A DNA stretch of 32,000 bases from Desulfotalea psychrophila LSv54. Lineage in GTDB: Bacteria > Desulfobacterota > Desulfobulbia > Desulfobulbales > Desulfocapsaceae. Below are positions 1-12,012 of the stretch, piece by piece. Positions within the stretch are counted from its first letter, which is position 1; every line of letters begins with the position of its first letter. Location: NCBI RefSeq assembly GCF_000025945.1, contig NC_006138.1:3450001-3482000 (forward strand). Reading direction: 5' to 3'. The position numbers were made by a program, and so were the translations under genes. Under the pieces are notes generated by a model. It was not told the origin of the DNA and did not search any database. It saw only the letters and a list, made by a program, of their open reading frames with translations.

Positions 1-1300
1 CACCGTAGATACCACCGAGAACAATCACCGGTACCATCAGGGCAAGCTTTGCATCCCAAAATGCCCGAGCAAATGTCTTAAAATTACGTTCTTTCACCTC
101 ACCCTTCCAGCCACGCTTCTTCGAATAAAAGAAACTAAAAACCATCAGGGCAAGTCCGGTAAGAAGACCGGGAACAATACCGGCAATAAAGAGATCACCT
201 ACCGATACCTGGGCGGAAACACCGTAGACGACAAAGGGGTTGGATGGAGGAATCATTACCCCGATCGCACCGGCGGTTGCCACAACGGCACAGGAAAAGT
301 ACTTATCATAGCCACGTGCCATCATGGCAGGAATGGTCAGGGAGCCAATTGCAGCAACGGTTGCAGGGCCAGAACCAGAGATTGCGGCAAAGAACATACA
401 GGTTGCAATGGTCGCAAGGGCCAGACCACCGGGCAGGGCACCGAGAAGTTCATCGGCAAGATCCAGTAGACGGCGGGAAAGCCCACCACAGCCCATGAAC
501 ACACCGGCAGCAATAAAAAATGGAATTGCCATGATGGGAAAGCTATCAATGGAGGTAAAACTCACCTGCGCCACATACTCAATGGGGAGAGAGCCGTTGG
601 CCACAACGGTGGCAAGAGCTGCAAGGCCAAGACTGATGGCAATGGGCACACCAATTACCAAAAAGAGGGCAAAGTAGCCAAAGAGCACTGACAATACGTT
701 AAAGCCACTAAATAAGATTATAGGCAAAGAGATAGCAGCACAGAGCCCCACACCAACAAGTGAATCAAGAATACCCGTTTCCTTAACCTGCTTGAAAAGA
801 TCCTGAAGCAGGCGCAGAGACATCAGGCCAAAGGCAATGGGCAGAATCAAATAGGGTATATAGTACGGTATTTGCAAGGCTGCTGTAGTCTGTGGATATC
901 TGATCTGCATACCGATATGCTTGATACCCATATACAAAATTACTGAAGTGAGGATCAAAAAGAAGACATCAACCACAACCCAGCTTATCCGTTGCAAACG
1001 CGGAGGAAGGCGATCATAAACAATATCAACTCGAATATTACTTCGATTCTTGATCGCTATGGGAACTGCCAGATAAGAGATCCAGATAAAGATAAAACGG
1101 GCAAGTTCTTCGGTCCAAACACCAGCACTCGGGTCAGCACCAAGAGGTACGCCGATATAACGGTAGGAGGTTTGGAAGACACTGATGAGAATGATAGAGA
1201 GCATTCCCAAGATAAGAAAGGGCTTTTCAAAATTATCATCAAGCCAATGCATCCAATTTTTATTGGCCGCCGGCATCTGTGGTGGTGTCGCTGAAGACAT
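1..1300 (-). CDS. TRAP transporter fused small/large permease (DctQ-DctM fusion); the C-terminal end runs off the left edge of the window
   Basis: Absent from the ORF track because no stop codon lies inside the window. My manual minus-strand translation from ATG 1300..1298 stays open to position 1. It reads MSSATPPQMPAANKNWMHWLDDNFEKPFLILGMLSIILISVFQ... (DctQ-like part). It continues into ...FPIMAIPFFIAAGVFMGCGGLSRRLLDLADE...FAAISGSGPATVAAIGSLTIPAMMARGYDK...GVMIPPSNPFVVYG, which are typical DctM motifs. An AAGGA RBS lies about 8 nt upstream of the ATG. Confidence 0.85.
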   Translation of the reverse strand, partial: MSSATPPQMPAANKNWMHWLDDNFEKPFLILGMLSIILISVFQTSYRYIGVPLGADPSAGVWTEELARFIFIWISYLAVPIAIKNRSNIRVDIVYDRLPPRLQRISWVVVDVFFLILTSVILYMGIKHIGMQIRYPQTTAALQIPYYIPYLILPIAFGLMSLRLLQDLFKQVKETGILDSLVGVGLCAAISLPIILFSGFNVLSVLFGYFALFLVIGVPIAISLGLAALATVVANGSLPIEYVAQVSFTSIDSFPIMAIPFFIAAGVFMGCGGLSRRLLDLADELLGALPGGLALATIATCMFFAAISGSGPATVAAIGSLTIPAMMARGYDKYFSCAVVATAGAIGVMIPPSNPFVVYGVSAQVSVGDLFIAGIVPGLLTGLALMVFSFFYSKKRGWKGEVKERNFKTFARAFWDAKLALMVPVIVLGGIYG

Positions 1301-1324
1301 AGAATATTTCCTTACTCACAATAG

Positions 1325-1362
1325 AATGCCAAAGATCATTCTGCTGAACAATCTTTGGCATT
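1325..1362 (-). promoter_or_regulatory. Intercistronic stem-loop between dctP and dctQM (perfect 12-bp stem, 14-nt loop)
   Basis: AATGCCAAAGAT (1325-1336) pairs perfectly with ATCTTTGGCATT (1351-1362). It sits just upstream of the dctQM RBS in the operon sense. Binding-protein/permease operons commonly carry such hairpins to set expression ratios. Confidence 0.5.
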
Positions 1363-1376
1363 TATATTAAACAGTG

Positions 1377-1404
1377 AAGGCATACGTGAATCCTCATATG
1401 CCTT
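1377..1404 (-). terminator. Weak stem-loop directly after the dctP paralog 1 stop; possible partial terminator or mRNA stabiliser
   Basis: AAGGCATA (1377-1384) pairs with TATGCCTT (1397-1404), giving an 8-bp stem and 12-nt loop. In the minus sense only a semi-U-rich tail (CACUGUUUAAUAU) follows. Confidence 0.3.
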
Positions 1405-1420
1405 TTACTGAAGCTAAAAA

Positions 1421-2521
<1,101 letters not shown>

Positions 2522-2528
2522 TCATTTC

Positions 2529-2543
2529 GCAATAAGTGTGCCA
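2529..2543 (-). promoter_or_regulatory. Sigma-54 (-24/-12) promoter for dctP paralog 1 and dctQM
   Basis: The minus strand reads TGGCACACTTATTGC, that is TGGCAC-N5-TTGC with canonical GG-N10-GC spacing. It lies about 62 nt upstream of ATG 2467. A sigma54 activator is encoded in the same locus. Confidence 0.7.
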
Positions 2544-2726
2544 ATAACTGACAATCATCTGAATGCCGTGCGATAATGACACATTCCCATGCCAAGGAGA
2601 CAAAAACAACACGTCAGCATACTAATGCAAAAAAGCAACAGAAAGAAGCCTAGGCTAGAAGAGAAAACATTTCAAAATATTGTAATCATTCAACTTCACC
2701 AAGGACTAACGGCGAATGGCCAATAA

Positions 2727-2779
2727 CAGCACAGGTGTGCATTTAAACAACATGTTGTACAATTGCACACGCTGTGCTG
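2727..2779. promoter_or_regulatory. Imperfect palindrome of about 53 bp; candidate enhancer (UAS) for the sigma54 activator
   Basis: The sequence is cagcacaggtgtgcatttaaACAACATGTTGTacaattgcacacgctgtgctg. It has a perfect 12-bp central palindrome at 2747-2758 and GTGTGCA/TGCACAC arms. It lies about 185-235 bp upstream of the sigma54 promoter and downstream of the paralog 2 terminator. Confidence 0.4.
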
Positions 2780-2828
2780 TTTTCACTCATCTTCCAAGAG
2801 CCATCATTACCAGATCAGCAGAAACGAT

Positions 2829-2862
2829 AAAAAAAGGCCCCTCTGGAAAATCCAGAGGGGCC
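2829..2862 (-). terminator. Rho-independent terminator after dctP paralog 2
   Basis: GGCCCCTCTGG (2836-2846) pairs with CCAGAGGGGCC (2852-2862), giving an 11-bp GC-rich stem. In the minus sense a run of 7 U follows (plus-strand A-run 2829-2835). It starts about 30 nt after the stop at 2894. Confidence 0.85.
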
Positions 2863-2893
2863 TACCTGAGCTCCGATCAACCACTAAAAAACG

Positions 2894-4043
<1,150 letters not shown>

Positions 4044-4096
4044 TAACGCCCCCCTCTCCCTACGAACAACAAACTACACAATAGATATTATGCTAT

Positions 4097-5515
4097 TCAG
4101 GATACTTCCCCATCGGTATACTTTCTTATCTTACGAAATATTGTTGTCCTATTCACATTCATAACCTTGGCAACCTTGGCAATAGAACCATGCACCTTGA
4201 GGGCCTCCAGCAAGACATCCTTTTCAAGCTCGGCCATAATCTCCTTTAAAGATTTCCCCTCAAAGTTAGCATAATTCGCCTGCAGGCCGACAGCACTATT
4301 GTCAAGCTTCCTCTTTGCACACTGCATGGCTGGGGGTAAATCCTCTTCACGAATAACCCCCTCAAGACTGGTAACCACCAAACTATGAATCAAATTCTCC
4401 AGTTCACGCACATTGCCAGGCCAAGCGTATTGAAGAAGCGCCTCCTCAGCAGTGGGAAAGAGACGTATTGTCTTTTTATACTTTTGATAAAATCTTTCCA
4501 GAAAAAATTGAATCAGCGGCAGAATATCCTCCTGGCGTTCACGCAAAGCCGGAACATGGACCACGGCCACCCGAAGACGATAAAAGAGATCACTTCTAAA
4601 ATTACCGGCGACCACCTCCTGCTCCAAATCCCTATTGGTCGCAGCAATAATACGCACATCAACAGCACGAGGCTGAGTTGAACCCACCCGAACAATTTCA
4701 CCATCCTGAAGGGCACGCAACAATCGTCCCTGCATAGGCAGGGGCAGTTCCCCTATTTCATCAAGGAAGAGGGTTCCCTTATCGGCAATTTCAAAAAAGC
4801 CAGCCTTGCCCTTACTACTTGCCCCGGAAAAGGCACCGGCAACATAGCCAAAGAGCTCAGATTCGATGAGATTTTCAGGAATACTGGTACAATCTACCTT
4901 AAAGAATGGTTTGTTAGCCCGGTCACTACGCTCATGAATCCTATGGGCAAGTACATCTTTTCCTACCCCCGTTTCACCAAGCAAGAGAACAGTTGCATCG
5001 GTGCTGGCCACTCTATCAAGGACCCCAAGCAATTTCTGCATAAGAGGACTCTCGGTAATAATTTGTTTTTGTACCGAAAGTTTCTGGATATTCGAACTAA
5101 ACTTTTCAATCATGTCCCGTTGATGATTGATCTGACTTTGAAAACGAGACATAACCGTAACATCGCGCACAAAGGTAACAACAAGCTCAACATCTTCATC
5201 ATAATCAAAGATAGGATGGCCCACCAGGAGCACCCTCCGACCCTTACTTGTTACCTGTACCCTCGTCATGCTCTTCCCTGAAGTAACAATATCAGGGTTC
5301 AGGGCAGTATCAAAAGTACCATCATCTACAAGATCTTTAATGTTTTTCCCTAAAACATCTTTGGCCTTAAGGCCTGAGAGTTGTTCATACGTCCTGTTGA
5401 TAGCAATAGTCATCCCATGCCTATCTGTTACATAGAGACCATCAATAGACGTATTCAGAACACTACACAAATTACTAACGATTAAGTGTCGATATTCAGG
5501 AATAATATAATTCAT
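4097..5515 (-). CDS. Sigma-54-dependent transcriptional activator (PAS sensor, AAA+ domain, Fis-type HTH)
   Basis: Walker A is GETGVGKD. ESELFGY and GAFSGA (a GAFTGA variant) are present, as is the C-terminal HTH AKVAKVMNVNRTTIFRKIRKY. The N-terminal 130 aa are PAS-like and there is no receiver domain. The track start at 5521 is a TTG; ATG 5515 (MNYIIPEY) is more likely. Confidence 0.9.
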   Translation of the reverse strand: MNYIIPEYRHLIVSNLCSVLNTSIDGLYVTDRHGMTIAINRTYEQLSGLKAKDVLGKNIKDLVDDGTFDTALNPDIVTSGKSMTRVQVTSKGRRVLLVGHPIFDYDEDVELVVTFVRDVTVMSRFQSQINHQRDMIEKFSSNIQKLSVQKQIITESPLMQKLLGVLDRVASTDATVLLLGETGVGKDVLAHRIHERSDRANKPFFKVDCTSIPENLIESELFGYVAGAFSGASSKGKAGFFEIADKGTLFLDEIGELPLPMQGRLLRALQDGEIVRVGSTQPRAVDVRIIAATNRDLEQEVVAGNFRSDLFYRLRVAVVHVPALRERQEDILPLIQFFLERFYQKYKKTIRLFPTAEEALLQYAWPGNVRELENLIHSLVVTSLEGVIREEDLPPAMQCAKRKLDNSAVGLQANYANFEGKSLKEIMAELEKDVLLEALKVHGSIAKVAKVMNVNRTTIFRKIRKYTDGEVS

Positions 5516-5659
5516 ACGCAAAAAAAACCCGCCTCTGTCTGCTTGTTAAATTTATGCTTTTACATCTCTTCTCTGGGGCATAACCAGCTCGCAAGGCTCA
5601 TAAATGCTGTAAGGGGAAATAAGAATTCTCCTGTCCCAACCTTGTGACAACTAACTATC

Positions 5660-6550
5660 TTATCGAGAAAATTTCAAGGTAATCTCTTGTTCATCTTCAC
5701 CAAACTGCAGCTGATCAAAATCATTTAGCCTGTAACGACGAATAAGACTCCGCAAGTCTTTCACATACCTATCCCCTATTTCCGAATAGTAGAGAAGCCC
5801 CTCTGCCATCTCAGTACCCTTTGGAAATTGTCCATTTTTACGGTCTGCGGCCCTGATAGAGCGAAGCAAACGATAGCTACGGTGGCTATTCAAATTTTGA
5901 ATATAACTCTCTGTTGCCGAAAAGATAGTGGCAAAGGCGGCGACCTTCGCATCGCTGCCAAGGGCCTTTATATGAGGTGCATTACTGGAAGCGGGTACAT
6001 GTTCCCCATAGAGGGCATTACCTGAAACGGCAAAACGAGAGGTCCCCCAACCACTTTCTAAAATAGCCTGGGCAAGGACCAGCGATGGCGGAATAATATC
6101 TACCCGAAGCAAAAGATCAGCCATTCCAGATCTACTGCCATACTTTATAGCCAATGCTGCTCGCCACTGCTCTTCATCCGGGGTGAGATGTGCACCCTCT
6201 GCCTCCATCTTCGCTAAAGCCTGAAGGCGACTACGCTCCCCGGCAACCATATTATTTGCCCGCACCACTTCAGGCAGGATTAATTCGACAAAGGCCTCTG
6301 CTTTTTGGCCAGTAGATATCCCCAACCAACTCTGCGGCAGATTCTGGGCAAACAAAAATGGCACAGTAGCCCCTATCCGAGCAGGTTGCTTGCTACCATA
6401 GGTCTCTACGAGAAAGGCCAAATACTCTTGACCAGTTGTAAACTCTTTAACAATAGCTTCCCTCTTCGGTTCCGGGGCAACCACCATCTTGCAGGCATAA
6501 AAAACCATAAGACTCAGAAGAACAGAGAGGATGAAGATAGATCTTTTCAT
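5660..6550 (-). CDS. Bax-like / glucosaminidase-domain protein (mannosyl-glycoprotein endo-beta-N-acetylglucosaminidase family), secreted
   Basis: It has an N-terminal signal sequence (MKRSIFILSVLLSLMVFYAC). The conserved block is LAQAILESGWGTSRFAVSGNALYGE, typical of Bax and of the FlgJ C-terminal glucosaminidase domain. Confidence 0.7.
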   Translation of the reverse strand: MKRSIFILSVLLSLMVFYACKMVVAPEPKREAIVKEFTTGQEYLAFLVETYGSKQPARIGATVPFLFAQNLPQSWLGISTGQKAEAFVELILPEVVRANNMVAGERSRLQALAKMEAEGAHLTPDEEQWRAALAIKYGSRSGMADLLLRVDIIPPSLVLAQAILESGWGTSRFAVSGNALYGEHVPASSNAPHIKALGSDAKVAAFATIFSATESYIQNLNSHRSYRLLRSIRAADRKNGQFPKGTEMAEGLLYYSEIGDRYVKDLRSLIRRYRLNDFDQLQFGEDEQEITLKFSR

Positions 6551-6840
6551 AAATTTAAAATTCCCTTAGCGGGCAGAGACTTAGCCTCCACCAGTAATTA
6601 TAAAAAATAGCCCTCTACTAAAAAAGAGAGCAATAGCTCAACTCTTTTTCGTTTAAAAGAACCACAAGGTGTGACATACAGATGAAATCCTACTAAAGTA
6701 TTAGTCTGCAATAAAAAATCAATAGTTTATTAAAATCAACCTTTCTACAAAGACTATTTTTCTCTACCAAAAGAACACAAATGATTGTTTATTGGATAGA
6801 GATTTTCTGCATACAGTTAAATATAAGAGGAGAGCTTGGC

Positions 6841-7929
6841 ATGTCGAGTAGCTTTGGTACATTGTATAAGGTCAGCACCTACGGGGAGTCACACTGCAAG
6901 GGTGTCGGTGTTGTTATAGATGGTTGCCCCCCTGGGCTTGAATTAAGCGAAGCAGATATCCAACGACAACTGGATCGCAGAAGGCCGGGCCAGAATGTCC
7001 TGACCACCGACCGTAAGGAGGCCGATCAGGTAATGATTCTCTCGGGAACCGAAAATGGTAAGACCTTGGGAACGCCCATTGCCCTTCATGTCAACAACCG
7101 GGATCAACGTCCCGGAGATTATGGCGACATCAGCGACCTACCCAGACCATCCCATGCCGATTTTACCTACCAGATGAAATATGGTATCCGGGCAAGTTCC
7201 GGGGGTGGACGTGCCAGTGCCAGAGAAACCATCGGCACCGTTGCAGCAGGTGCCGTGGCCATGAAGGTACTGAAAAAAAAGTATGGCATCGAAATCGTCG
7301 CCTGGGTTGAAAGTGTTGGCCCTATTCAGGCAAGCGGTATCAACCCTGACACCATAAGCCGGGAAGAAGTTGATAAACAGATCAGCCGCTGCCCCGACCA
7401 AATAACTGCCGCAGAGATGGAAAAATTTATCACGGAACTCAAGGAACGAGGTGATTCAACGGGAGGAATAGTCACCTGCTGTATCCGCAATAGCCCCGTG
7501 GGCCTTGGCGAACCAATCTATGAGAAGCTTGAGGCAAAACTTGCCCAGGCAATGCTCGCCATCCCAGCAAGCAAGGGCTTTGAAATAGGATCCGGTTTTG
7601 CCGGGAGCAGACAATTAGGCTCTGAGCACAACGACTTATTTATATGGAAGGATAACAGACTCGGCACCTCAACAAACAACTCCGGGGGCATCCAAGGGGG
7701 CATATCAAACGGAGAGCCTATACTCTTCCGCGTCGCCTTTAAACCGACCGCCACCATCTCTCTGCCTCAGGAAACAGCCACCTTCACAGGCAAGACAGAA
7801 ACCATGCAGGCCAAGGGCCGCCATGACCCCTGTGTTGTCTCCCGAGCGATACCCATTGTTGAATCCATGGCAGCCCTGGTCCTCCTGGACATGGCCATGA
7901 GACAGGAGAGCCGCAAGAGCTTCTTCTAG
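6841..7929 (+). CDS. aroC: Chorismate synthase
   Basis: Diagnostic blocks are [55 protein letters not shown] and GRHDPCV. I moved the start to ATG 6841, with AGAGGAG upstream; the 20 aa from 6781 look like a spurious extension. Confidence 0.95.
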
Positions 7930-8061
7930 GGTCTGAGCTGTTCTCTTTCCTCTTGACTCCCTAAAAAAGGTTCCTTACTGAAGGGAGAAAAGAGGAATCC
8001 TTAGAAAAAGAGCTTGAATCTCTCTCTATAACGCAGTACAAGATTTGCTCCCCGGACGTGT

Positions 8062-8095
8062 GATGATGCACGCCCTCCTACCCCATCATTTTTTT
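8062..8095 (+). terminator. Weak hairpin plus U7 tract; probably the aroC terminator, or a leader attenuator of the ClC gene
   Basis: ATGATG (8063-8068) pairs with CATCAT (8084-8089). The loop is 15 nt and TTTTTTT follows (8089-8095). The stem is short, hence the low confidence. Confidence 0.3.
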
Positions 8096-8132
8096 ACGAG
8101 AGTACCGGCAACTAACCGTAACCGGTAACATT

Positions 8133-10220
8133 TTGAGTATGCCATTCAAAAAAAAATCGCTCAGTGCATTTCTTGACCGACAGGCTCCACCGGAGGGATT
8201 GCTCCTTTTAGGTCTTGCCATCCTCATTGGAGTCATTACAGGTGTTGGTTCTGTAATTTTCATCAAACTCATCCACCTTATCCAGTCCTTTTTCTACACT
8301 GGTGTGTACGAGAAAATACCTTTTCTGGGCAAATGGATATATGTTGTCGCCCCAGTCATAGGTGGCCTGCTGGTCGGGCCCCTGATCCTCCTTGCCAAGG
8401 AGGCAAAGGGACACGGCGTTCCCGAGGTCATGCAGGCTCTGGTGCTCCGAGGAGGACGAATTCGCGGACGAGTTGCAGCCGCCAAGATCGTAGCCTCGGC
8501 AATCTGTATCGGCACGGGTGGTTCTGCCGGTCGTGAAGGCCCAATCATCCAGGTCGGTGCAGCCTTTGGCTCCAGCCTCGGGCAAATACTCAAACTCTCC
8601 GACGAACGAATTCGCAACCTGGTGGCCTGTGGCGCAGCAGCAGGTATTGCTGCCACCTTTAATGCCCCCATCGCAGGCGTTGTCTTTGCCATAGAAGTAC
8701 TGATGTTTAACATCCACATCCGGGCCTTTGGTAATGTGGTAATCTCCTCGGTGGCCGCATCCATCGTCAGTAGACTTTTCCTGGGCCATGGAGCCGCCTT
8801 CGCCGTACCTACCTACACAATGGCCAACCCCGTTGAACTAGTTCTCTACTTCATCCTTGGTCTTACCGCCGCTCTGGTTGGTGTTTTCTTCATCCGCATT
8901 CTTGATGTCGCTGAGACTGTCTTTGATAACTGGGATTTTCCACAGATATTCAAACCTGCCGTCGGCGCAGCCTGTCTGGGCGTTATCGGCCTTATCTATA
9001 TGTCCTTCCCAGGCTTTGTTGATCCAAACGCTACCGGCGTTCACGGCCCTATTACCGCTGCCCCCATTCCTCATATGTTCGGCACCGGCTTTCCCTTCAT
9101 TGGATATGCACTGCAGGGTAAGGGCTCCTTTTGGGTCCTCCTCATGCTGGTATTCTTAAAACCGCTGGCCACCACCTTCACCCTGGGCTCGGGTAACTCC
9201 GGTGGCGTTTTTGCCCCATCTCTTTTCACCGGGGCAATGCTCGGTGGAGCAATGGGACATGTTTTTCTCTACTTCTTCCCTGGAATCACAGGAAACATTG
9301 GCGCCTATGCCCTCGTCGGCATGGCAGCTCTCTTCTCGGCAACAGCCCGGGCTCCACTAACAGCAATGCTTATTGTCTTTGAGATGAGTGGCGATTACGA
9401 GATGATCCTGCCACTTATGATTGCCGGCGTCACCGCCTGTTATGTTGCTCAGTGGCTTCATCCTGAATCCATCTATACTACCAAGCTGGCCAAGCGAGGC
9501 GTTCGCTTTTCCGGGGGTAGAGACATGGACATTATGCAAGGGGTGCGGGTTAGCGAGGTCATGCGCAACCGACCTGTAACGGTGCATAAGAATCAACCCA
9601 TCAGCGAACTCCTTGCCCTCTTCCAAGAGACCAACCTTCTTGGTTTTCCGGTAGTGGCCGATGACAACAAAGTCTGGGGTATTGTTACCCTACAGGATAT
9701 GCACAAGGCAGAATCAAAACCTGACTTTTCATCTAAAGGACTGGTTGTGGCAGATATTGCTACCGAAGATCCTATCACCGCCTTTAGCGATGAACCCATC
9801 TGGACGGCAATTCAAAAGATGAGCCCCAGAGACCTTGCCCGCCTCCCCGTTGTCAGCCGAGACGGTTCAGGCCAACTCTGCGGTGTAATTAGCAGGAGTG
9901 ATATTCTCCGTGCTTACGATGTGGGCGTTATGCGCAAACAGCGAGGTCAATTTGTTGAGGGGCAGGTTGATCTGCGTAAGCAGACCGAAAATGCCTTTAT
10001 GGAGTTTGTTATCTCGGAATCAGATACCTGTAATCAAAAATGCATCCGTGATCTCTCACTGCCGGAGCATGTTAACCTCGTTTCCATCAAGCGGGCAGGT
10101 GAGATTATTATCCCCCGGGGCAAGACCCAGTTGCTGGCAGGTGATGTGGTGAGTATATACGGCAAAATCAAAGAAAATGAAGAGACCAAGAACATGCTCA
10201 GCTGTTCCTCTCCATCATAG
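8133..10220 (+). CDS. ClC-family chloride channel / H+-Cl- antiporter with C-terminal CBS pair and TrkA-C domain
   Basis: ClC selectivity motifs are GHGVPEV, GGSAGREGP and GSGNSGGVFAPS. The tail holds CBS-like repeats (VSEVMRNRPVTV..., LARLPVVSRDG..CGVISRSDI). A TrkA-C-like end follows (VNLVSIKRAGEIIIPRGKTQLLAGDVVSIYG). Confidence 0.9.
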   Translation: MSMPFKKKSLSAFLDRQAPPEGLLLLGLAILIGVITGVGSVIFIKLIHLIQSFFYTGVYEKIPFLGKWIYVVAPVIGGLLVGPLILLAKEAKGHGVPEVMQALVLRGGRIRGRVAAAKIVASAICIGTGGSAGREGPIIQVGAAFGSSLGQILKLSDERIRNLVACGAAAGIAATFNAPIAGVVFAIEVLMFNIHIRAFGNVVISSVAASIVSRLFLGHGAAFAVPTYTMANPVELVLYFILGLTAALVGVFFIRILDVAETVFDNWDFPQIFKPAVGAACLGVIGLIYMSFPGFVDPNATGVHGPITAAPIPHMFGTGFPFIGYALQGKGSFWVLLMLVFLKPLATTFTLGSGNSGGVFAPSLFTGAMLGGAMGHVFLYFFPGITGNIGAYALVGMAALFSATARAPLTAMLIVFEMSGDYEMILPLMIAGVTACYVAQWLHPESIYTTKLAKRGVRFSGGRDMDIMQGVRVSEVMRNRPVTVHKNQPISELLALFQETNLLGFPVVADDNKVWGIVTLQDMHKAESKPDFSSKGLVVADIATEDPITAFSDEPIWTAIQKMSPRDLARLPVVSRDGSGQLCGVISRSDILRAYDVGVMRKQRGQFVEGQVDLRKQTENAFMEFVISESDTCNQKCIRDLSLPEHVNLVSIKRAGEIIIPRGKTQLLAGDVVSIYGKIKENEETKNMLSCSSPS

Positions 10221-10225
10221 CGTAC

Positions 10226-10260
10226 GAGCCCCTATTGACTGCCACAGCCAATAGGGGCTC
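10226..10260 (+). terminator. Stem-loop after the ClC gene (12-bp stem, no adjacent U tract)
   Basis: GAGCCCCTATTG (10226-10237) pairs with CAATAGGGGCTC (10249-10260). A T-run appears only about 35 nt further downstream. Confidence 0.4.
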
Positions 10261-10379
10261 ACAGGGCTCGTCAGCCAGTAACAACCCTTTGCTTTTTTTG
10301 ACACTACGACAAAAAAATGCTTATCTTGTAAAGACTGCCTGCTGTTGACAAAAAACTCCTTTTTTAAAGAGATGCCCCT

Positions 10380-11231
10380 ATGAAAAACAGATTACTTCTC
10401 CTCCTGAGTACCATCCTCTTTTTCAGCACTCCCTGCCATGGCCAAACAATCCCCACTGTTTTCGTCAGTATCCCCCCACAGAAATTCTTTATTGACAGTA
10501 TAGCAGGTGGAAATGTACAGGTGCAGATCATGGTCAATCCAGGCGCCAACCCCATTACCTATGAGCCTAAGCCATCGCAAATGATAGCCCTGAGCCGAAG
10601 TATCGCCTATTTTTCCATAGGGGTACCATTTGAGCAGGCTTGGCTGGATCGCATCAGGGGAGTAAATTCCCATATGAATCTGATACCTACGGACAAGGGC
10701 ATCAAAAAAAGGAAGATGACCGCTCAGCATGGAGCAGATGGCCCGGGAACAGACCCGCATATCTGGCTCTCTCCCCGGTTAGTAAAGGTTCAAGCGCTGA
10801 CCATCAAGGATGCTCTGATTAAACTCATCCCTGAAAAGCAGTCTGTCTTTGAAAAAAATTACCGCACCTTCCTCCTCCAAATAGATCAGTTAGAGCAGGA
10901 GATAGGCGCCTCTCTGCTGGGACAGGCAGACAAGAAATTTTTGGTCTTCCATCCCTCCTGGGGATACTTCGCCCGGGACTTTGGTCTCACTCAGGTTGCC
11001 ATAGAGATAGAGGGCAAGGAACCCAAACCTGCCCAACTGACGGCAATTATCAAGGAGTGCCAGCAGGCCGGCATTCGTATCATTTTTGCCCAACCTCAAT
11101 TCTCCCAAAGAAGTGCTCGCACCATCGCCAAGGCAATAAGAGGCCAGGTGATTCTCATCGACCCCCTAGGCGAAAATTGGCTGCAAAATATGCGGGATGT
11201 TGCCAACAAACTCCAAGAACTGACAGAATAA
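10380..11231 (+). CDS. znuA: Metal (Zn/Mn-type) ABC transporter substrate-binding protein, ZnuA/TroA family
   Basis: It has a signal peptide and cluster-9 SBP blocks (DPHIWLSP, FLVFHPSWGYFARDFGL, EPKPAQLTAIIKECQQAGIRIIFAQPQFS). The metal specificity cannot be determined from the sequence. Confidence 0.8.
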   Translation: MKNRLLLLLSTILFFSTPCHGQTIPTVFVSIPPQKFFIDSIAGGNVQVQIMVNPGANPITYEPKPSQMIALSRSIAYFSIGVPFEQAWLDRIRGVNSHMNLIPTDKGIKKRKMTAQHGADGPGTDPHIWLSPRLVKVQALTIKDALIKLIPEKQSVFEKNYRTFLLQIDQLEQEIGASLLGQADKKFLVFHPSWGYFARDFGLTQVAIEIEGKEPKPAQLTAIIKECQQAGIRIIFAQPQFSQRSARTIAKAIRGQVILIDPLGENWLQNMRDVANKLQELTE

Positions 11232-11235
11232 GCCT

Positions 11236-12012
11236 ATGCAAGTACCCCTTATCGAAATCAGAGATCTCTGCCACTCCTACCAGAATCAGGAGGTATTGCA
11301 CCATATAAACCTGGAGGTATATCATGGTGATTTTATCTCTATAATTGGCCCAAACGGCGGGGGAAAAACAACCCTTTTAAAATTGATCATCGGCCTGCTC
11401 AAACCTACCCGGGGTGAGATCCTTATCAAGGGCCAGCCCTTTGATAAGGAGAGGGCCACCATCGGCTATGTACCTCAATACATCAATCACAACCTCAACT
11501 TCCCCGCAACCGCCCTCGATGTCGTTTTAATGGGTTGCCATAGACCCGCCAGGAGATTTAAGCTCGGCCACTGTAAAAAAGATCGAGAGGCAGCCCAACT
11601 CTCCCTTGAAAAAATTGGCATTGAGAACTGTGCAGAAAAAAAAATCAGGGATCTCTCCGGTGGACAACGGCAGAGAGTGCTCATTGCCAGAGCCCTGGTC
11701 TCAGAACCTGAACTGCTGGTACTCGACGAACCTACAGCCAGTATCGATACCAAAGGGCAGACAGATTTTTATAATTTACTTCAGGAGCTGAACAAAGATA
11801 TCACCATCCTCATGGTCAGCCATGATCTCCTGATGATCTCCTCCTATGCAAAGTCAATTGCCTGCCTCAATAAAGGCCTCAGCTACCACCCAACATTTAC
11901 ATCCTTTAACGATGTGCTCAATGCCTTCTACTCCTGCTCTGTCAAAAATTCCTGCCTCTCTACTACCCTCAGTCAGGAGCATTTACAAATTCACCAAAAG
12001 GGGAGTCTCTGA
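11236..12012 (+). CDS. znuC: Metal ABC transporter ATP-binding protein
   Basis: Walker A is GPNGGGKTT, the signature is LSGGQRQR and Walker B is LLVLDEP. Its stop overlaps the next start (TGATG). Confidence 0.85.
   Translation: MQVPLIEIRDLCHSYQNQEVLHHINLEVYHGDFISIIGPNGGGKTTLLKLIIGLLKPTRGEILIKGQPFDKERATIGYVPQYINHNLNFPATALDVVLMGCHRPARRFKLGHCKKDREAAQLSLEKIGIENCAEKKIRDLSGGQRQRVLIARALVSEPELLVLDEPTASIDTKGQTDFYNLLQELNKDITILMVSHDLLMISSYAKSIACLNKGLSYHPTFTSFNDVLNAFYSCSVKNSCLSTTLSQEHLQIHQKGSL

Noticed and set aside
6781-6840. N-terminal extensions of track ORFs (aroC 6781, dctP 2506 and 4021, prc 27382, flavodoxin-like 19263, methyltransferase 31577, mocA 14127, activator 5521)
   Set aside because: In each case an internal ATG has a better Shine-Dalgarno sequence and begins the recognisable domain or signal peptide. 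The 19263 extension would also read through the dsrP terminator.
8055-8095. Fluoride (crcB-motif) riboswitch in the ClC gene leader (GAUGAUGCACGCC...CUCCUACC resembles parts of the motif)
   Set aside because: The central helix of the motif (the AAACGC...GCUAAUGA region) is missing. The channel also has canonical chloride-type motifs and CBS domains rather than ClC-F features.
10261-10379. Zur/Fur-type operator upstream of znuA
   Set aside because: The only symmetry is a low-complexity T7G...CA7 pair. I could not support a specific metalloregulator box or a confident -35/-10 pair from the sequence alone.
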